Source of the DNA: the human T2T-CHM13v2.0 reference genome, Homo sapiens
Strand: one strand, 5' to 3'
DNA length: 64,000 nt
NCBI RefSeq assembly: GCF_009914755.1
Contig: NC_060930.1
Under the pieces are notes generated by a model. The model was not told the DNA's origin, did not search any database, and saw only the letters and a list, made by a program, of their open reading frames with translations. The position numbers were made by a program, and so were the translations under genes. Position 1 is the stretch's first letter. Each line of letters begins with the position of its first letter. This document shows positions 14,618 through 29,254 of the stretch, piece after piece.

Positions 14618-17022
14618 AGCATAATCATATGTACAAAATAGAAATAGATTTATGTCATTTACAGTGGTGTTTTTTTTAATTGAAGTGTCACTCAGGGCTA
14701 CATGAACAGTTTTGAGAAACATGTGGGCCCAGATAATTTTATGGGAATTCTTTAATTCCATGGCTGTATTCTCTCCTAAGATCATTCAGACAGACAATAT
14801 GACCATAGGTGTTTTTTTTTTTTTTTGCAGATTTTGTGTTGATTGAAACTTTGTGCTCATTTTAGTTTCTTATCATTTCCACTTAAGACTGTGTGCTTCC
14901 CGTTTTACAACAGAAAAGCAGCATTCACACATCTTGAATCACAAGTTGCCTCAAGATGCAAAAGCCTCAATAAAGGGACAATCTGAATTATTAGTATAAA
15001 AAGAAACCTCCTTTAATTAAAACAGCAAAACCCCATGGTAAGTCCTTAAGTCTGACCTTGTCATAGACATATTCTGTTAGAGAAAATCGTGGTATTAGAA
15101 ACAGATATTTAGGCTGGGTTGCAATATTCTAAATTTTGATATATTATGGAGTGAGGTAGTGGGAATAATGATAATTTTCAAATAATCTTGTGCAGCATCT
15201 ATCCTCCAGCTATTGTCATCAAAGACTGTATTGTTATTGAAGGAGAGTCTTTTACAAACAATGTAAGAAAGTTTTACCATGAAATATTGAAACCAAGATG
15301 ATAAAATATAGGAAGTCTTCTAATTTTTTCTACTCATCTACGTAATAATCTTCAGATTAAATATATAAGATTTATTTTGAAACACCTACTGTAAAATATT
15401 GATTTGTAATGAATTTGTCCCATCTTCACCTTTACCACTTTCAGGAGAGACAGCTTTGTGGCCACTCTCATTAATTGGTGTCTCCACTGCATACTTTGTG
15501 TGATTTCACTGAGGAAGAGGTGAAAAGTTCTATATTTCCATCTCTGGTTAAAAGAAACATATAAAGAGTTAGAGTTTTAGATTTTAAAAAATATTTATAT
15601 TTAATTATGAAATACTATAATTCTACCTTTTTAAAAACTTGAGCAAAATTTCTTGCCCACAGTTATGTGGCTATGAAAAAATGTTAATAAAAAAAGAGGT
15701 CTAAACTGTTATTTTTAAAATGAGGAACACATTTTGCATAAACCATGGTAGCCTCTATCCTTAAAAGTTATAATGTGTCAGCAGTCTCTAAGTGGTAGGG
15801 TTATTTTTCTTCAGAATAAAAAATAAAGCCAGTCTTTCATGGGTCTGTACAAACAAAAATGATCAATTATTACCAAAACTAATATCAAAGTATTGGAAAA
15901 CCAAAGTGTGTATATATAAGCATACAGCTTCTTAATTTCCTTTCTCAGGAAGTCTCAGAAATACTTTCAGAATCATTATCCTAACATGCCCAAATTCAGA
16001 AAGTGTCCCATGAAACAGTGGTCCCTAGTAGTTGGAGCACAGGCTGTAAAGAGACTCCATTACTCAACCTTGGACCAGATGATCATTCTCTTTCTGCTTT
16101 AAGATTTTATTTGTAAATTGAAATAATTAAGATTCCATTCCGAGATTTTATTTGCAAAATGGAATAATTCTACCTTATAGTGTAGTTCTAAGGATTACAT
16201 AACATACCATTGGTAAAGTGCTTAGTCCTAGGATTAAAGTAAGTTCTCAAAAATGGAATCTATTATTAACCCATGTGAAAAAAAGAATGGTTTCAATTTG
16301 TCATTTAATTGATTCATTAATAAAAACTTGTCAAGCTCCTATAATGGATCAGACAATTGTTATGTGTTTTGAATGTCAAAATTAATAAGACATAGTTCTT
16401 CTCCAAAAGTATAGGGTGGAATATATGCATAGCCACATAAAAATAGAGCAAGTGCATTGCTTGACACCACTGAAGCAGCTATCTAGTGAACAAGAGTAGT
16501 CTTTATTCTTCCCATGGCTACAAAATAAGGAAAGATATAGTATTCCCTCAAATTAACATGTAAAAGAGAAATAAAAGAATGTGTTTGTCAAAATTTCAGT
16601 ACTAATATGGTGACCTTTATCATCACTGAGAAAAAGGATGCATTAAAACTTTAATTATCAAAGCAGGCTTTAAACACCAAGAAGAATGACTGGAGATCAA
16701 GGAGAGTATGTTTCACATACTGAAATATATCAGAACATAGCTCACCCAAACTCTCCAAGGACACTGAAAGACTGCAGCTGAACAAAGAACTTAACAGGTC
16801 TTTTAAATAAGACTGATCTGACAGTTTATAAAAATGGTTTCCTGTAAATACTTCTTTCCAAGGGAACTCTGGTCTTTTGAAAATGTTTTTAATCCATTTA
16901 ACCCTGAATAGTTGCACAGATTAAACCATTTTCTTATTATTAATAATGTAAATGCATACCTATTTTGAACTTTCTTTCAAACACTGTGGTAAGCACTTTA
17001 CAAATATTGTATCCATTGGTCT

Positions 17023-17418
17023 TGTTAAAAAAACACTTTTGACAAATTAAATTTAACAGAGTTCATTTGAGCCAAGAACAATTTATAAATCAGGCAACAG
17101 TTGGAATCAGAAGAGTCTCAGAGAGCTCCACCCAGCAGTGTGTGCAGTGCAATTTTATAGGATACCCACAGAAGCAGAGTTGAGAAATCACCTGATTGGC
17201 TACAGCTAGGCATCTGCTTTATTTGGGCATGGAGTGATCAGTTGGCTACCTATAATTGTCTGAAACATGGCTGCTTGTGATTGGCTGAAACTAGACTCTT
17301 CCTTGTACTCCTAACTTAGGTTTGAGACTGTTTACATATTAATTTAAGTTGTAATTTGCTTTGTAGGGACTCAGGGTATGGAGACAGCCTCAGGCTAATG
17401 GCCTCCTGCTTATTTTTC
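17023..17418 (-). mobile_element. ERV1 LTR (MER57/MER93-like) inserted in a MIR
   Basis: aaattaaatttaacagag motif and repeated gattggct CCAAT boxes. Confidence 0.6.
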
Positions 17419-18084
17419 AGTCTTCACACACAAAGACACACACACGTGCACACAACTAATATATCTTAATATCATTTCCATTTTATGGATAAAAAACAAA
17501 TAAGAATGGTTATGTCCCTCACTTTAAAAAAACTATGTTTGATCAACAGTATGTCTTTAAAATAAGGACATAACATCTCAAATTTAGTGAACTGATTTTC
17601 CTCTTGGCTGATGATTGCAAAATAATATGCTCAGTCTTTCTACTGTTTGTTTAGAATTATTCTATTCAAAGGATTAATATTATCATGAATTAACTGAATA
17701 AACAATTTCACCATTAAGTGGTGTATCTGCTTGCTTCAGAGCCAAAATAATCCTACTGGTTCTAGTTATTTGATAGACTGTAAGAAATTAAATATGATTG
17801 ATTAGTTGAATATTGATAATTTTAAACTGGCTTATTGGTAGAGTGGTTAAACTAATAAATATAAGAGTTTATGGAAAGGTAATAGTCATGCATTCTCACC
17901 TTTGCATCATTTTTATACAATGCAACAATATATAATGCTTTGAAGTATTCAGATAGTTTGCATATAGTATGACTGAATTGGCGATGTCTCCATATTTTGC
18001 AACTTGCTAGGTTACAGCTGAGTGTTTGGAGTGCAACATTCTTTTAAAAGTCACGAAATAACTGTAATTTGCTCAGGGAAGTCT

Positions 18085-18645
18085 TACAGGCTAGACATTC
18101 TTTGCCCCTCCAGATCTACACTCAGTCTCTCTTTACCGTTTGCACTCCTGGATCTGATTCCTCAGAAGTTCTCTTGTTTTCTGGCTTTCTATTTGCCAGA
18201 AAACAAGACTCTGCCAGTGAGAGACATCATCAGGAAATCTAAATGTGGAGAAAAGAGGTTAGGCATTTAATTCCACCTTCCTCTCTAGCCCGCACCTCAA
18301 GCTGAAATTTGGCTCTGTACCTCCTATGCAACAGCTTCTCTCTCCAGCTACAGCTTTCACTAGTCTCTGATAACAGCTCCTTCTCCTTATAAATTTCTGG
18401 TCTAGGGCATCCCCAGTTGTGGGCCCTCAGGTACTTCATCTTAATTCTTAACCCTACCCATACTTAAATAGTTCCTTCAGTAAACTGCTTTGAATTAAGT
18501 ATTTCAGTGTGCCTCCTAGGGTGACCAACCATTCTGGTTTGCATGACACTCATGAATTTATTTTAGCACTAAAATCAGATGCCCTTGCTACACACGAGGA
18601 CAGTTGGTTACCCTCAGCTTCCTGACAGAGACTTGTTTGATCTAG
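18085..18645 (+). mobile_element. LTR33-like ERVL LTR interrupted by a MER81-like hAT-Blackjack MITE (18517-18614)
   Basis: LTR33-type text. MITE TIRs tagggtgaccaac / gttggttaccct. Confidence 0.55.
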
Positions 18646-21600
18646 ATGGCTAAGATAGTGAGGGTCTGGTAAAAATATAGGCTATGTGGTTGAAAGAGAG
18701 GGAGATATTTTATCTGGAAAGAGAGAATGTTAAGTTTTGCTTCAAGACAGTTGGCTTATTTTATAGTAAAGAGTGTAGAAAGTTTAGAGAGGGGTCAGAA
18801 GAAACCATGTGTAAGGTGAGGAGTGTCTAGCATTGTGGTAGGTGATTTTTATAATATTATATATATATCTCACCATGCCATAAATGTGTTTGAGTAAAGT
18901 AGGGTCTGTAAATAGTACAGCTTACCAGCTCAGTAGACAAGAAAATCGGTTGTAGTCATTACATAAACTTAATCAATCTAAAAATTAACCTACAACTACC
19001 TTAGAATATCTGTCAGAATTTTATATCTCTGAAATTAATTGAGAATTTCTAAATAAACAATGAATGAACATGAGTGTCAAGTACCTTTATATCATTTACT
19101 TAGGCATAATTATATAAATAACTTAAAAATAATAGGTAGCAAGTAGAGTTTTGATATAAATTTCAATTTATTCTCTGCTAAGAAAATCATTAGTTTCTGC
19201 TGATGAGATAGTCAAACAATTCACTCTCAATATTTCATCACAGTCACCGGTTCCTCTCCCTTCATCACTCTTCCTGCTGGTACAGTATGCAGAACTAACT
19301 TTTTGTGTCTTTCATTAATGACTTCTCATTACTTGTATAGGAATTCAACTTTTTTTCTCTAATGATTGATTATCCTGTATCCTGGGTAGCTCACTTTCTT
19401 TACTGTAGCATGCTATAATAAGTGGAACATTCCATTTACTTTGACAAGAAAAAAAAATTCTTGATTGTGAAAATGAGGTTCCTGTTATGTAGCAACATGG
19501 ACATTGTTACATTTTTGCTCTCATTGTACAATTTGTATTTTCCACATATCTCCCAATATTACTTTCAATTTATAAAATAACAGCATCACCAACAATAATA
19601 AATTGATAGCTGCAAATCTACTATATGCCAAATACTGTGCTAGACCCTGAAGTAGAGAGTTGAATAAGATGTAGTCTCTGACCTTCAAAAATTGAGAGAG
19701 GGATATGTCAACAAAACATTCCAATAATATTAAAGAGTAAAACAACAGGTTTGCACAAAGAACAAAATAACCCAAAAGTGTGATTCTCTTATCTGGAAGT
19801 GTGGATTGGGCAGGGAAAAGTTGAGTTAAGACATTTTGCAGATGTCATATCTGAGCTTATCCAGTTAAGTCCATTTCCTTCTCAATTGTAAATGACTTGC
19901 CCTGATGAAATGGTGATTAATGCAACAATTATACTGTGTAAGAGTGTATACAATAAAAACTAAGCCTCGTTCTCACTCTAGATTTTTTTCTATCTGTGCA
20001 AGCAACCAAATCACAACTTTAAACAGCCAAACAAGAATAAGCAAATACAAAACCAAATATTTAAATGTGCAGGTATTGTATTAACTATCAATTTTCTACT
20101 ACAGAAACCAATTTCAGACACCTTGTGGAATACCCACTTTTCCTTACCTGGGGAGTTCTTCACCTTGTTTTAATCTAAATAACTCTATTAAGACAAAGAG
20201 TAGTTGAATCCATTTCACTGTATTTATATTTCTTTAAGTTCTCAGACACTGTAGTTGGGGGGATGTAGCCTTCATATATAGAAAGTAAATTTCAAGTTGC
20301 AAAAGGAATTTATAGTTGGAGAGCCAAGGTTCTGATTTTTTTTTCTTCATCTACAATTTAGACCTCAATGTACAATGTCCCTTAGCTTCTAGGTCATTCT
20401 TTTCTTTTTGTAAAGAGTCTTAGCAGATAAAAATTACAGCCAACAGTCTCAAGTATACCAACCAGAGTTCCAGAGCCATATAATTTAAAAACTAGAAGGA
20501 ACCTCAGATAACATATAAATAAATATATTCTTTTTCAGCTAAAGAAGCCCAGAGAAGTGAAATGATTTGCCTCAGTTAAAACAAGTAGGTAGTGTCATGA
20601 CTGTTCACTAGAACTAATTCCTGTTTCCTTTTAAAGTGGTCTTTATCCTAATACAAAAGCTGAAATAGAAACACTGGAGAGCTTATTACAGTACATGTTG
20701 CTGGATCTCATCACCAGAGGTTGTAATTTGTTAGGGCTAATGGAGGCCCAGTAATCTGCATTTCTAACAAGTTTCTGGCTGCTGCTGCTGCCTTGGTAAA
20801 AATACATTGAGAAACCTGCTCTACAGCATGCATCTTGAGGCCTTACATAAGTATTTTTAAACCTAAGCCTGTAATAACTTAGTAGAAAGAAGTCCTGACT
20901 CTAAAGTGAATATTTTCTTTTTCCTCCTAATAAGACACTTCACCTCTCTGTAGTACACTTAAAGGTTTGATCTAGGACCTGAAGATTTTCTCTCGGTAAT
21001 TACGTATTTATTTAATTTAAAGCCAGTTAATGTATGCATGCTTCTTAAAATATGAAATAATATAATATTTTTATTGTATGACTTACACTTTTTTCATTAA
21101 TTGAAAATACCTTCATCACCATTCATGATTATTGATTTACACAGCCTGGATTTACCTATCCAATATTTACCCATCTTGTCAAATTAGTCAACAGGGACTG
21201 TAAATTATTCTGTCACAAACTTGCAATCCCCTGCTAACCCTTTACCTCTCTGCTTCCATCTTCCTTTCCCTCCCCATTCACTACCTGAGCTCATGTGGTC
21301 ATGTCAGAAGTATATCATTAACCTGCAATGATTATACTTTTACTTTTCTTTGCTCCACAGACACAAACGGACAAAAATCATTCTTTCAAAGAAATCACAG
21401 TGTCTAAATAATTCCAAGGTTTTATAAATATATTAAGAAAACAATTAAATGCATTGAGCAAATATAACTGCCTTATTAAAAGATATTTTTAACATCACTA
21501 GACTATTTTTGCTTTTCTAAAAGTATAATTTTCTAATAGATCAGCTATACACCTTTAATTTGCATGCTCATTGCTTTCTATTAAAGCGATTATGTAAGTT

Positions 21601-22393
21601 TTCTGGAAAAAAAAATCCTAACTTTTTATAGACAGAATTTAACTAGGGTTTTTGACAGAGATATTCTCAATCAACTACCTATTCCTCTCACTTTGGATAG
21701 TAATGAAGGCTGTCATAGAAAATAAAGGTTTATAATGAGACACTATAGTACCCTACCATGGGGACAATGAATGGCATCATGTTCTCTTTAATCTCTCCTT
21801 TCTTCATTTTATTTTTTTAGGGCAAGCATGGAGCCATTATGAAAGCTAAAATTGATTTTTTTTCTTGAACATTTAAACATACACATATATAAAGGGTATG
21901 TTTGGGTAGCGATTGCTTCCAAATGACATTCTTTTGGAGAAGGATGGGAGGTTGTATCTTTTGAAGAATTTTATGAGCCTTAATTTTTTGGAGAGTCTTA
22001 AGGCTTCTATATGATTCTAAAGAGTTAGAGAAACCTGTGGTAATCCAAAGAGTGAAACTAAAGACTGGTGTTTATCACAGCTTTACTAACTAATGTTCCT
22101 TGAAATAAGCTATATCAATTTACAGATATTATTAAAAATGCACAGAAAATAAATGAATACTAATACCCAAGCATGTGAATTAAATAACTCAAATTGCAAC
22201 CTTGGCAATACCACAATCTTATGGTAACATTTTAAGGTTTTTAAAAATTTGATATTAATACATAGCAAAGTATTTTTAATGTATACAATTATATGTAACT
22301 ACAGAATTCTTATAATTATACAAAATATTATATTAAATATATACATATAACATACACACATATATGATAGATGCATGTATATGTATTTATATA

Positions 22394-23298
22394 CAGTCAT
22401 ACATACATTGTTTAACAACTGGGATATGTGTACTTACACAAATCTAAATGGTATAGCCTACTACACACCTAAGCTTTATGGAGTAGCCTATTGCTCCTAG
22501 GTTACAAACTTGTATGGCATGTTACTGTACTGAATACTGTAGGCAATTGTAACACAATGGTTAAGTATTTGTATACTTAAACATATATAAACATAGAAAA
22601 GGTACAGTAAAAATACTGTATAAAAGGCAAAAATGGTACACCTATGTAGGGCACTTACCATGAATGAAGCTTGTAGGACTGAGAATTACTCTGGGTGAGT
22701 GAGTAGAGGGTGAATATGAAGGCCTGGAACATTACTGTATACTACTGCAGACTTTAGAAACACTGTACATGAAGGCCACACTAAATTTATTACAAATATT
22801 TTTTCTTCAATAATAAATTAACGATCTTGCTGTAAGTTTTTACTTTATAAACTTTTCATTTTTAAAATTTTTGACTCCTACTTTTTCTTTATTAACGAAT
22901 TAGAGTAAACATCACATTTGTGTGGCTGCAAGGGCACAGCCTACTTTGACAGCTTGGAAAAAATAAACAGTAATTTATGTTACAAAAAAAAGAGAAAACT
23001 TCTGTAACAAAACTTATCTTAAAACACAAAGACATTGTACAGCTGTACAAAAATTTGTATTTCTTTATATTCTTATTCCATAGCCTTTTTCTATTTTTAA
23101 AATAATTTTTAACTTTTTAAACTTTTTTGTTAAAAACTAAGACATGTACACACACCTTAGCCTGGGCCTACAGAGGGTCAGGATCATTGAGGCATCACTA
23201 GGTAATAGAAATTTTCCAACTCAACTATGATCTTATGGGTCCACTGTTGTACACGCAGCCTGTTGTTGAGTGAAATGTTGTTACTGGGCACATGACTG
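22394..23298. mobile_element. Tigger3 (Tigger3b/Golem) DNA transposon
   Basis: TIRs cagtcat...atgactg flanked by TA. Internal atagcctactacacacct and aaaaggtacagtaaaaata motifs. Confidence 0.85.
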
Positions 23299-24106
23299 TA
23301 TATTGCTCCACAAACATCTTTTTCTAAGACTTCATTGTGTTATGTTATTTTTTCAATATGCTTATTCACTGATTTTTTTCCCGTGCACTTTCAAGTCTTT
23401 TATTTATGTCTACACCACTTAATATTTTGTACTGGCAGTACTTGAATTTGTCATGTATTTTTATAATTCTTGTCAGTTTATTTTCTATCTCATGTGATCA
23501 TCTTCTATATTCATTTTTCTTCTTTCATAATTTTTTAAATGAAGCGTGCTTGTTCTCTAAATGGTCTCCTTTCTCTTAGGGTAAATCATCTATGAAAGCA
23601 TTTTCTCCATGGATCTACTGGGGTATTGTGAAATTGTCATAGGTTCTTCTTTTTGATATTGTCTTAACTTCACCCTTTGTTATTCTTCCTTTCAGTAACA
23701 GTTTTAATGGGGCCCATGATGACTCAGTTATAGAACATTATTGTCCAGGTTCCCTTTCACTTAGATGTGATCATATTATGAAGTGCAGGCTGAGATGATA
23801 TAAACAAAATTGATATCTGTGACTTCCAGTGTTCCTCTTTAAGAAGACGATGTTTTCTCTGAATTCCCCTTTCCCTGCACAGTAGGTTGGAAAATGTCAA
23901 CGACTGAATTGATCCTCCTGCTCCTAGAGATGAAAATCAAGTACAGATAATGACAGAGACATTTTTGCTCTATTAGGTCCTTGGATGAGCTCAAGAAATG
24001 TCTGCTTATCCCTAACCACCTTGGAAAGTTACCTTAAGAAAGTAAAATTGCTATGTTGCTTGAGAAGCTATATTTTTAAGTATTTTTATTATAGTAGTTT
24101 CTAGAA

Positions 24107-24319
24107 CAAGATTTCTCAACCTTAATACAATTGACATTTGAGGCTGAATATGTTTTTGTAGTAAAAAGCTGTCATGTGTATTTTACGGTGTTTTGTAGCA
24201 TCATTAGCCACTACCACTAGACCCCTATGGCATTCTTCTGGTCGTGACAAGCAAAAATGTCTCTGGACTTTGGCAAATGTCCCCTGTGGAATAAATGTGT
24301 TTCTGTTTGAGAACCACTA
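24107..24319 (+). mobile_element. MER20 (hAT-Charlie)
   Basis: ttctcaacctt...attgacattt...aaaaatgtctct...caaatgtcccctg...ttgagaaccact. Confidence 0.8.
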
Positions 24320-24942
24320 GTCTGTAGACTAACGAATGTAGACATTGTTCCCTGTAGTAATGCTGCCTTAATAAAACTTATAAAATATTGCATTCACTTA
24401 GGAGTCAGTGAGAAGAAGTGAAGAGGCATTGAAGGCTGGAAGGTGGTGATAATTCTTCTGCTGCAGCATTGATAAAACTGTTAACTGTGGAAAGTACTAG
24501 GCAGAACATATTCCTATGGAGATTAAAGCAGCTAGAGAAGTGCTTAGAAAGGCAGAATGTCAGTATATTTTGCTTGTTACATGTAGTTTTTAGTAAAATA
24601 TTATAACAAAAAATGAGCACAGCTAAGAAAAAATGAACAGTTGAAATTAGAAATAGAGGTGACAGAACTTTTTAGGGAGATAACCTAAAATTGGCTAATA
24701 AGCTAGAAAAGTGAGATCTCTCAGAGTTGAAAAAACTAACTGCCTCGATACTTCAAACAGCGGGAGAAAGAGTGTCACTCATGGCTTTTTTTAGAGATCC
24801 CCCCCCCCCATTTGGACTTTTCAGCCAAAAGTATGAAAAAGCCACATGCAAAGATTAGATTATAAATATTGCCTTCGTACCACTACCAACTTTTTCATAT
24901 GACCACATTAGCCGTCTTTAAAATAAAGAAAAGTGGGCCCAG

Positions 24943-25254
<312 letters not shown>

Positions 25255-25434
25255 TTAATTAAAAACAAGAATCAGAGGGTTAAGAAGTGTAACTAGAAGA
25301 CATTTTTGGTGAAATTCTTCCAAATGAAACTAAATACACCAGAAACCTTAATTCTTGCGAAAGTTGAAAAACCACTAGCTCAGCATTGAAAGGCTTTTAA
25401 TTGTGTGATACAAAAAGACATCCTTGGTTTATTA

Positions 25435-25751
<317 letters not shown>

Positions 25752-27467
25752 CTATACCAGCAAAAAGAGGTTAGGAAATCTGTGCAGTGGCCTGATATGG
25801 CCTGATGAAGCATACCATCTGCTTGACGATATGCCATGGAAGTTAAGGAAACAAAATGTCCCAATAGGTCAAATGACTGGCCAGGAAAGGACAATGGATA
25901 AGTTCCTCCTAGAAACCAGAACCAGTCTAACCAAAGAAATAGGGCTGCTGCCAGGTCAGGGAGTTCTTGAAATTCTGATCCAGAGTGATTTATTTCATAA
26001 TTGTAATGAATCAGTGGCTTTTTCTAGGTGAGTATTTTTGTTGCAGTTGTCCTATTTCTTTTTCACTATTGTATATTGGCTATGTATGGAGTCAGGGGCT
26101 GGGAGGTATGAGAAAAATGACTGTGTTTTTGAGTTCATCGCTGTTCCGCCCCCACTGGATCACACAGAAAGAACTGTGCGTAATTCAGAGATATCCAGTT
26201 TTTAGTAGGGTGCAGTAACTGGACATTTGATTGTATCGTATCTCTTGGAGAACAGATGTTTTCTTTTTGGAAAGCAAAACAGAACAAAACAAAACATGAA
26301 TACTTGTACATGGATACTTGGGAGGCCAGCATGGCAGTCTGTCAGAAACCATTAATTTTCTTCAGTGTTTTTCCCCTCCTTACTTCCTTTCAGCAATAGA
26401 ATCTATTGATTTTTAGTTTGGCACAAGGTATGCAGCTAGAGAGAATACATCCCCAATCTACCCTTGCAAAATAGGCCTTATCTCACAACTAATGCCAACA
26501 GGTTACATGAAAACAAATCTCTAAACTTTTTGAATCATGTATTGAAAAGAAAACTAATTGCCTTTCAAGAACTTCCCCCTTCAGGTTGGCAATCAAGTAG
26601 CAAAAGCTTGAACAGTGGCCTCATACCATACACAGACTGAACCCCCTCACTGGGAGTAACAGATCTGTTTCACCAGTTTGGTTCCCTAGATGACCTTAAA
26701 AAGGAAAGCCCATGTTATTTGCCCTGGATTCTCATGTGAGAGAGCGACATGTTTTATTCTTGTTTCAACTACTCAAGTTTTGGTTCCATTAATCCTAACT
26801 CCTACATCTTTCCTGGGATTACTATGATATTAACATTCTGCTTAAAATATGTTGAAATTTCAGATGTATTAAGATTCATATTTGAAGCTCAATTATTCAG
26901 GATATTGAATATCACAATTGATCTGCGGTTATGGGACATAAGACATTATAGCTGGGAAAGGTTAATCTGCATTTTTACTCTTAATTACTATTCTTGTTAA
27001 TAGCATTGCCCTAAACTACCTCTGTCTACAGAATAAAGCAAAATATTTTCCAATAAGTGTTTTTGTTTTTTCTACATTTCTTATCATTTTATCTTCTGTT
27101 TTCTAATAGAGAATTTTTATCTCTATTTTCCCATTATTAAACCAGCTATGTATATATATTTTATTTATCTCAAAAACCAAGTTTTAGAACTTACCAGTTA
27201 TATTATCTATTTATTAAATAATGCCTGCCTTAAAAATAAAACAATTACTTATTTACAACTTGGGTTTAACTTGTAGCTCTTTTTCTAGCTGGCATTTGTG
27301 TGTAATCTTGTGCATTGATATGCACACAAACATAATTCTTACCTTGAGTTTAATTTCTTTTCTTTTTAAAAATTCCTTGGGTTTAATAAGTGTCTTTCAT
27401 TTCTCTTTTTTTTGGTCCTATTTAGTATAACATTTCCCCTTAGCAGAACTTTAATGGTACCCATGAG

Positions 27468-27514
27468 TTCTTTATATGTAATTATTTTTCTCAGTTTATT
27501 TGGGCATATTTATT
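27468..27514 (-). terminator. Distal AATAAA signals (27509-27514, 27495-27500) and probable decayed poly(A) remnant of the retrocopy
   Basis: Minus strand reads AAACAATAAATATGCCCAAATAAACTGAG followed by AAAAATAATTACATATAAAGAA. This resembles the recalled PGK1 mRNA 3' end (AAACAATAAAAGTGTCCATTGAAACCGTG + poly A). Confidence 0.55.
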
Positions 27515-27640
27515 GTTTGTTTGTCAACTTTCATTCCACCCTTTCCCAACAAATTAAGTTTTATCTTTTGGGTTTCAAATTATGAAACAATAGCAAAGTT
27601 GGACTAAAATAAAAAGATTCAGTTTCTTCAGCTCACTTTC

Positions 27641-27646
27641 TTTAAT
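27641..27646 (-). terminator. PGK2 proximal polyadenylation signal ATTAAA
   Basis: tttaat on the plus strand about 255 nt after the stop codon, followed by a U-rich tract (TCTTTTTATTTT on the minus strand). Confidence 0.6.
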
Positions 27647-27900
27647 AGGCAACTTAAGAATATGTCCTCCCTAGATAGCACAATGGTGAAGTTCAAATGA
27701 GAACTTGAACAGGCAAATGCGTGACCAAACTAAAATGAATTGCTGTGCTGATATTAAGAGTTCCTGATGGCCTGCTGCTTGTCCATTACATAGGTCTTGA
27801 TCTAGGAGTAGATTTTAACAAAAGTCACATCGAGATGTAAAAGCATTAAGCTGACTTAAGGGCCATGGACAGAAAACAGAAGGAAGTAACACTATATTAA

Positions 27901-29154
27901 CTACATGTTGCTGAGGGCCTCTACTCCAGGAAGGATTTTACCTTCCAGAAGCTCTAGACTGGCACCGCCTCCAGTGCTGACATGGCTGACTTTATCTTCA
28001 GTGTTCCATTTGGCACAGCAAGTAGCAGTGTCTCCACCCCCTATAACAGTGATGCAGCCCTTGGAAGTGGCTTTCACAATTTCATCCATGAGGGCTTTGG
28101 TTCCCTTAGCAAAGGCATCCCATTCAAATACTCCTAACGGCCCATTCCAAACAATTAGCCTTGCTTGAGCCACAACTTGAGCATGATTCTTGTTGCTCTC
28201 AGGACCACAGTCCAAACCCATCCAGCCAGGAGATATGCCAGATGCTACAGTGGCTTTTCCAACCTGAGCGTTCTCGTCAAACTTGTCCCCAGTAACAAAA
28301 TCAACAGGAAAAGTAATCCTTACACCATTCTTTTGTGCTTTGGCCATGATATCTTTAACGATCTTGGCTCCCTCTTCATCAAACAGGGAAGCACCAATCT
28401 CCATGTTGTTGAGTACCTTAAGGAAGGTATAAGCCATTCCACCACCAATAATCATCTCATTGACTTTGTCCAGCATATTTTTGATAAGTTGGATCTTGTC
28501 TGCCACTTTGGCTCCACCAAGTATAGCCAGAAAGGGTCTCACTGGGTTTTCCAAGGCTTTAGCAAAGTAATCTAGTTCCTTCTTCATCAAGAATCCGGAT
28601 GCTTTATGGGGCAGATTCACTCCCACCATGGAACTATGAGCGCGGTGTGCAGTGCCAAAAGCATCATTGACATAGACGTCCCCTAGCTTGGAAAGTGATG
28701 CTCGGAAGGCTTCTATTTTATCTGGCTCAGCTTTAATCTTCTTTCCAGAGGGATCTTGGCCCTTCCCTTCTTCCTCCACATGAAAGCGCAGGTTCTCCAG
28801 CAGGATGACTGAACCAGGAGCTGGGTTGGCACAGGCTTTCTCCACTTCTGCGCCTACACAGTCCTTCAGGAACAGAACATCCTTGCCCAGCAAGGATTTG
28901 AGCTCAACAGCAACAGGTGCTAAGGAATATTTGTCAGGCATGGGAACACCATCAGGCCGACCTAGATGACTCATAAGAACTACTGCCTTGGCTCCATTGT
29001 CCAGGCAGTACTTGATGCTTGGGATGGAAGCCTTGATCCTCTGGTTGTTTGTAATCTGGTTCTTCTTCATGGGAACATTGAAGTCTACTCTCATGATGAC
29101 TCGCTTCCCTCTAACATCCAGTTTGTCTAAAGTCAACTTCTTAGAAAGAGACAT
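27901..29154 (-). CDS. PGK2: Phosphoglycerate kinase 2 (testis-specific, intronless retrogene), 417 aa
   Basis: Uninterrupted [31 protein letters not shown]...[11 protein letters not shown] with PGK motifs ([46 protein letters not shown]). No introns. N- and C-termini match PGK2 rather than PGK1. Confidence 0.99.
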   Translation of the reverse strand: MSLSKKLTLDKLDVRGKRVIMRVDFNVPMKKNQITNNQRIKASIPSIKYCLDNGAKAVVLMSHLGRPDGVPMPDKYSLAPVAVELKSLLGKDVLFLKDCVGAEVEKACANPAPGSVILLENLRFHVEEEGKGQDPSGKKIKAEPDKIEAFRASLSKLGDVYVNDAFGTAHRAHSSMVGVNLPHKASGFLMKKELDYFAKALENPVRPFLAILGGAKVADKIQLIKNMLDKVNEMIIGGGMAYTFLKVLNNMEIGASLFDEEGAKIVKDIMAKAQKNGVRITFPVDFVTGDKFDENAQVGKATVASGISPGWMGLDCGPESNKNHAQVVAQARLIVWNGPLGVFEWDAFAKGTKALMDEIVKATSKGCITVIGGGDTATCCAKWNTEDKVSHVSTGGGASLELLEGKILPGVEALSNM

Positions 29155-29254
29155 CTTGACAATATAAAGACATAGGCTGACACCTGGATCTTAATGCTGA
29201 AGAACCAACTTGCTGTTGAGGGGCTGGGTCGGTGGTGACTTCTAACGCCTTTGC

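Noticed and set aside
16651-16917. ORF ending FKACFDN* as a possible CRISP last exon
   Set aside because: Lacks the ICR cysteine spacing (C...C...CKASCxC); chance resemblance.
27905-28575. Plus-strand ORFs (87 and 136 aa) overlapping PGK2
   Set aside because: Antisense shadows of a real CDS with no independent coding signal.
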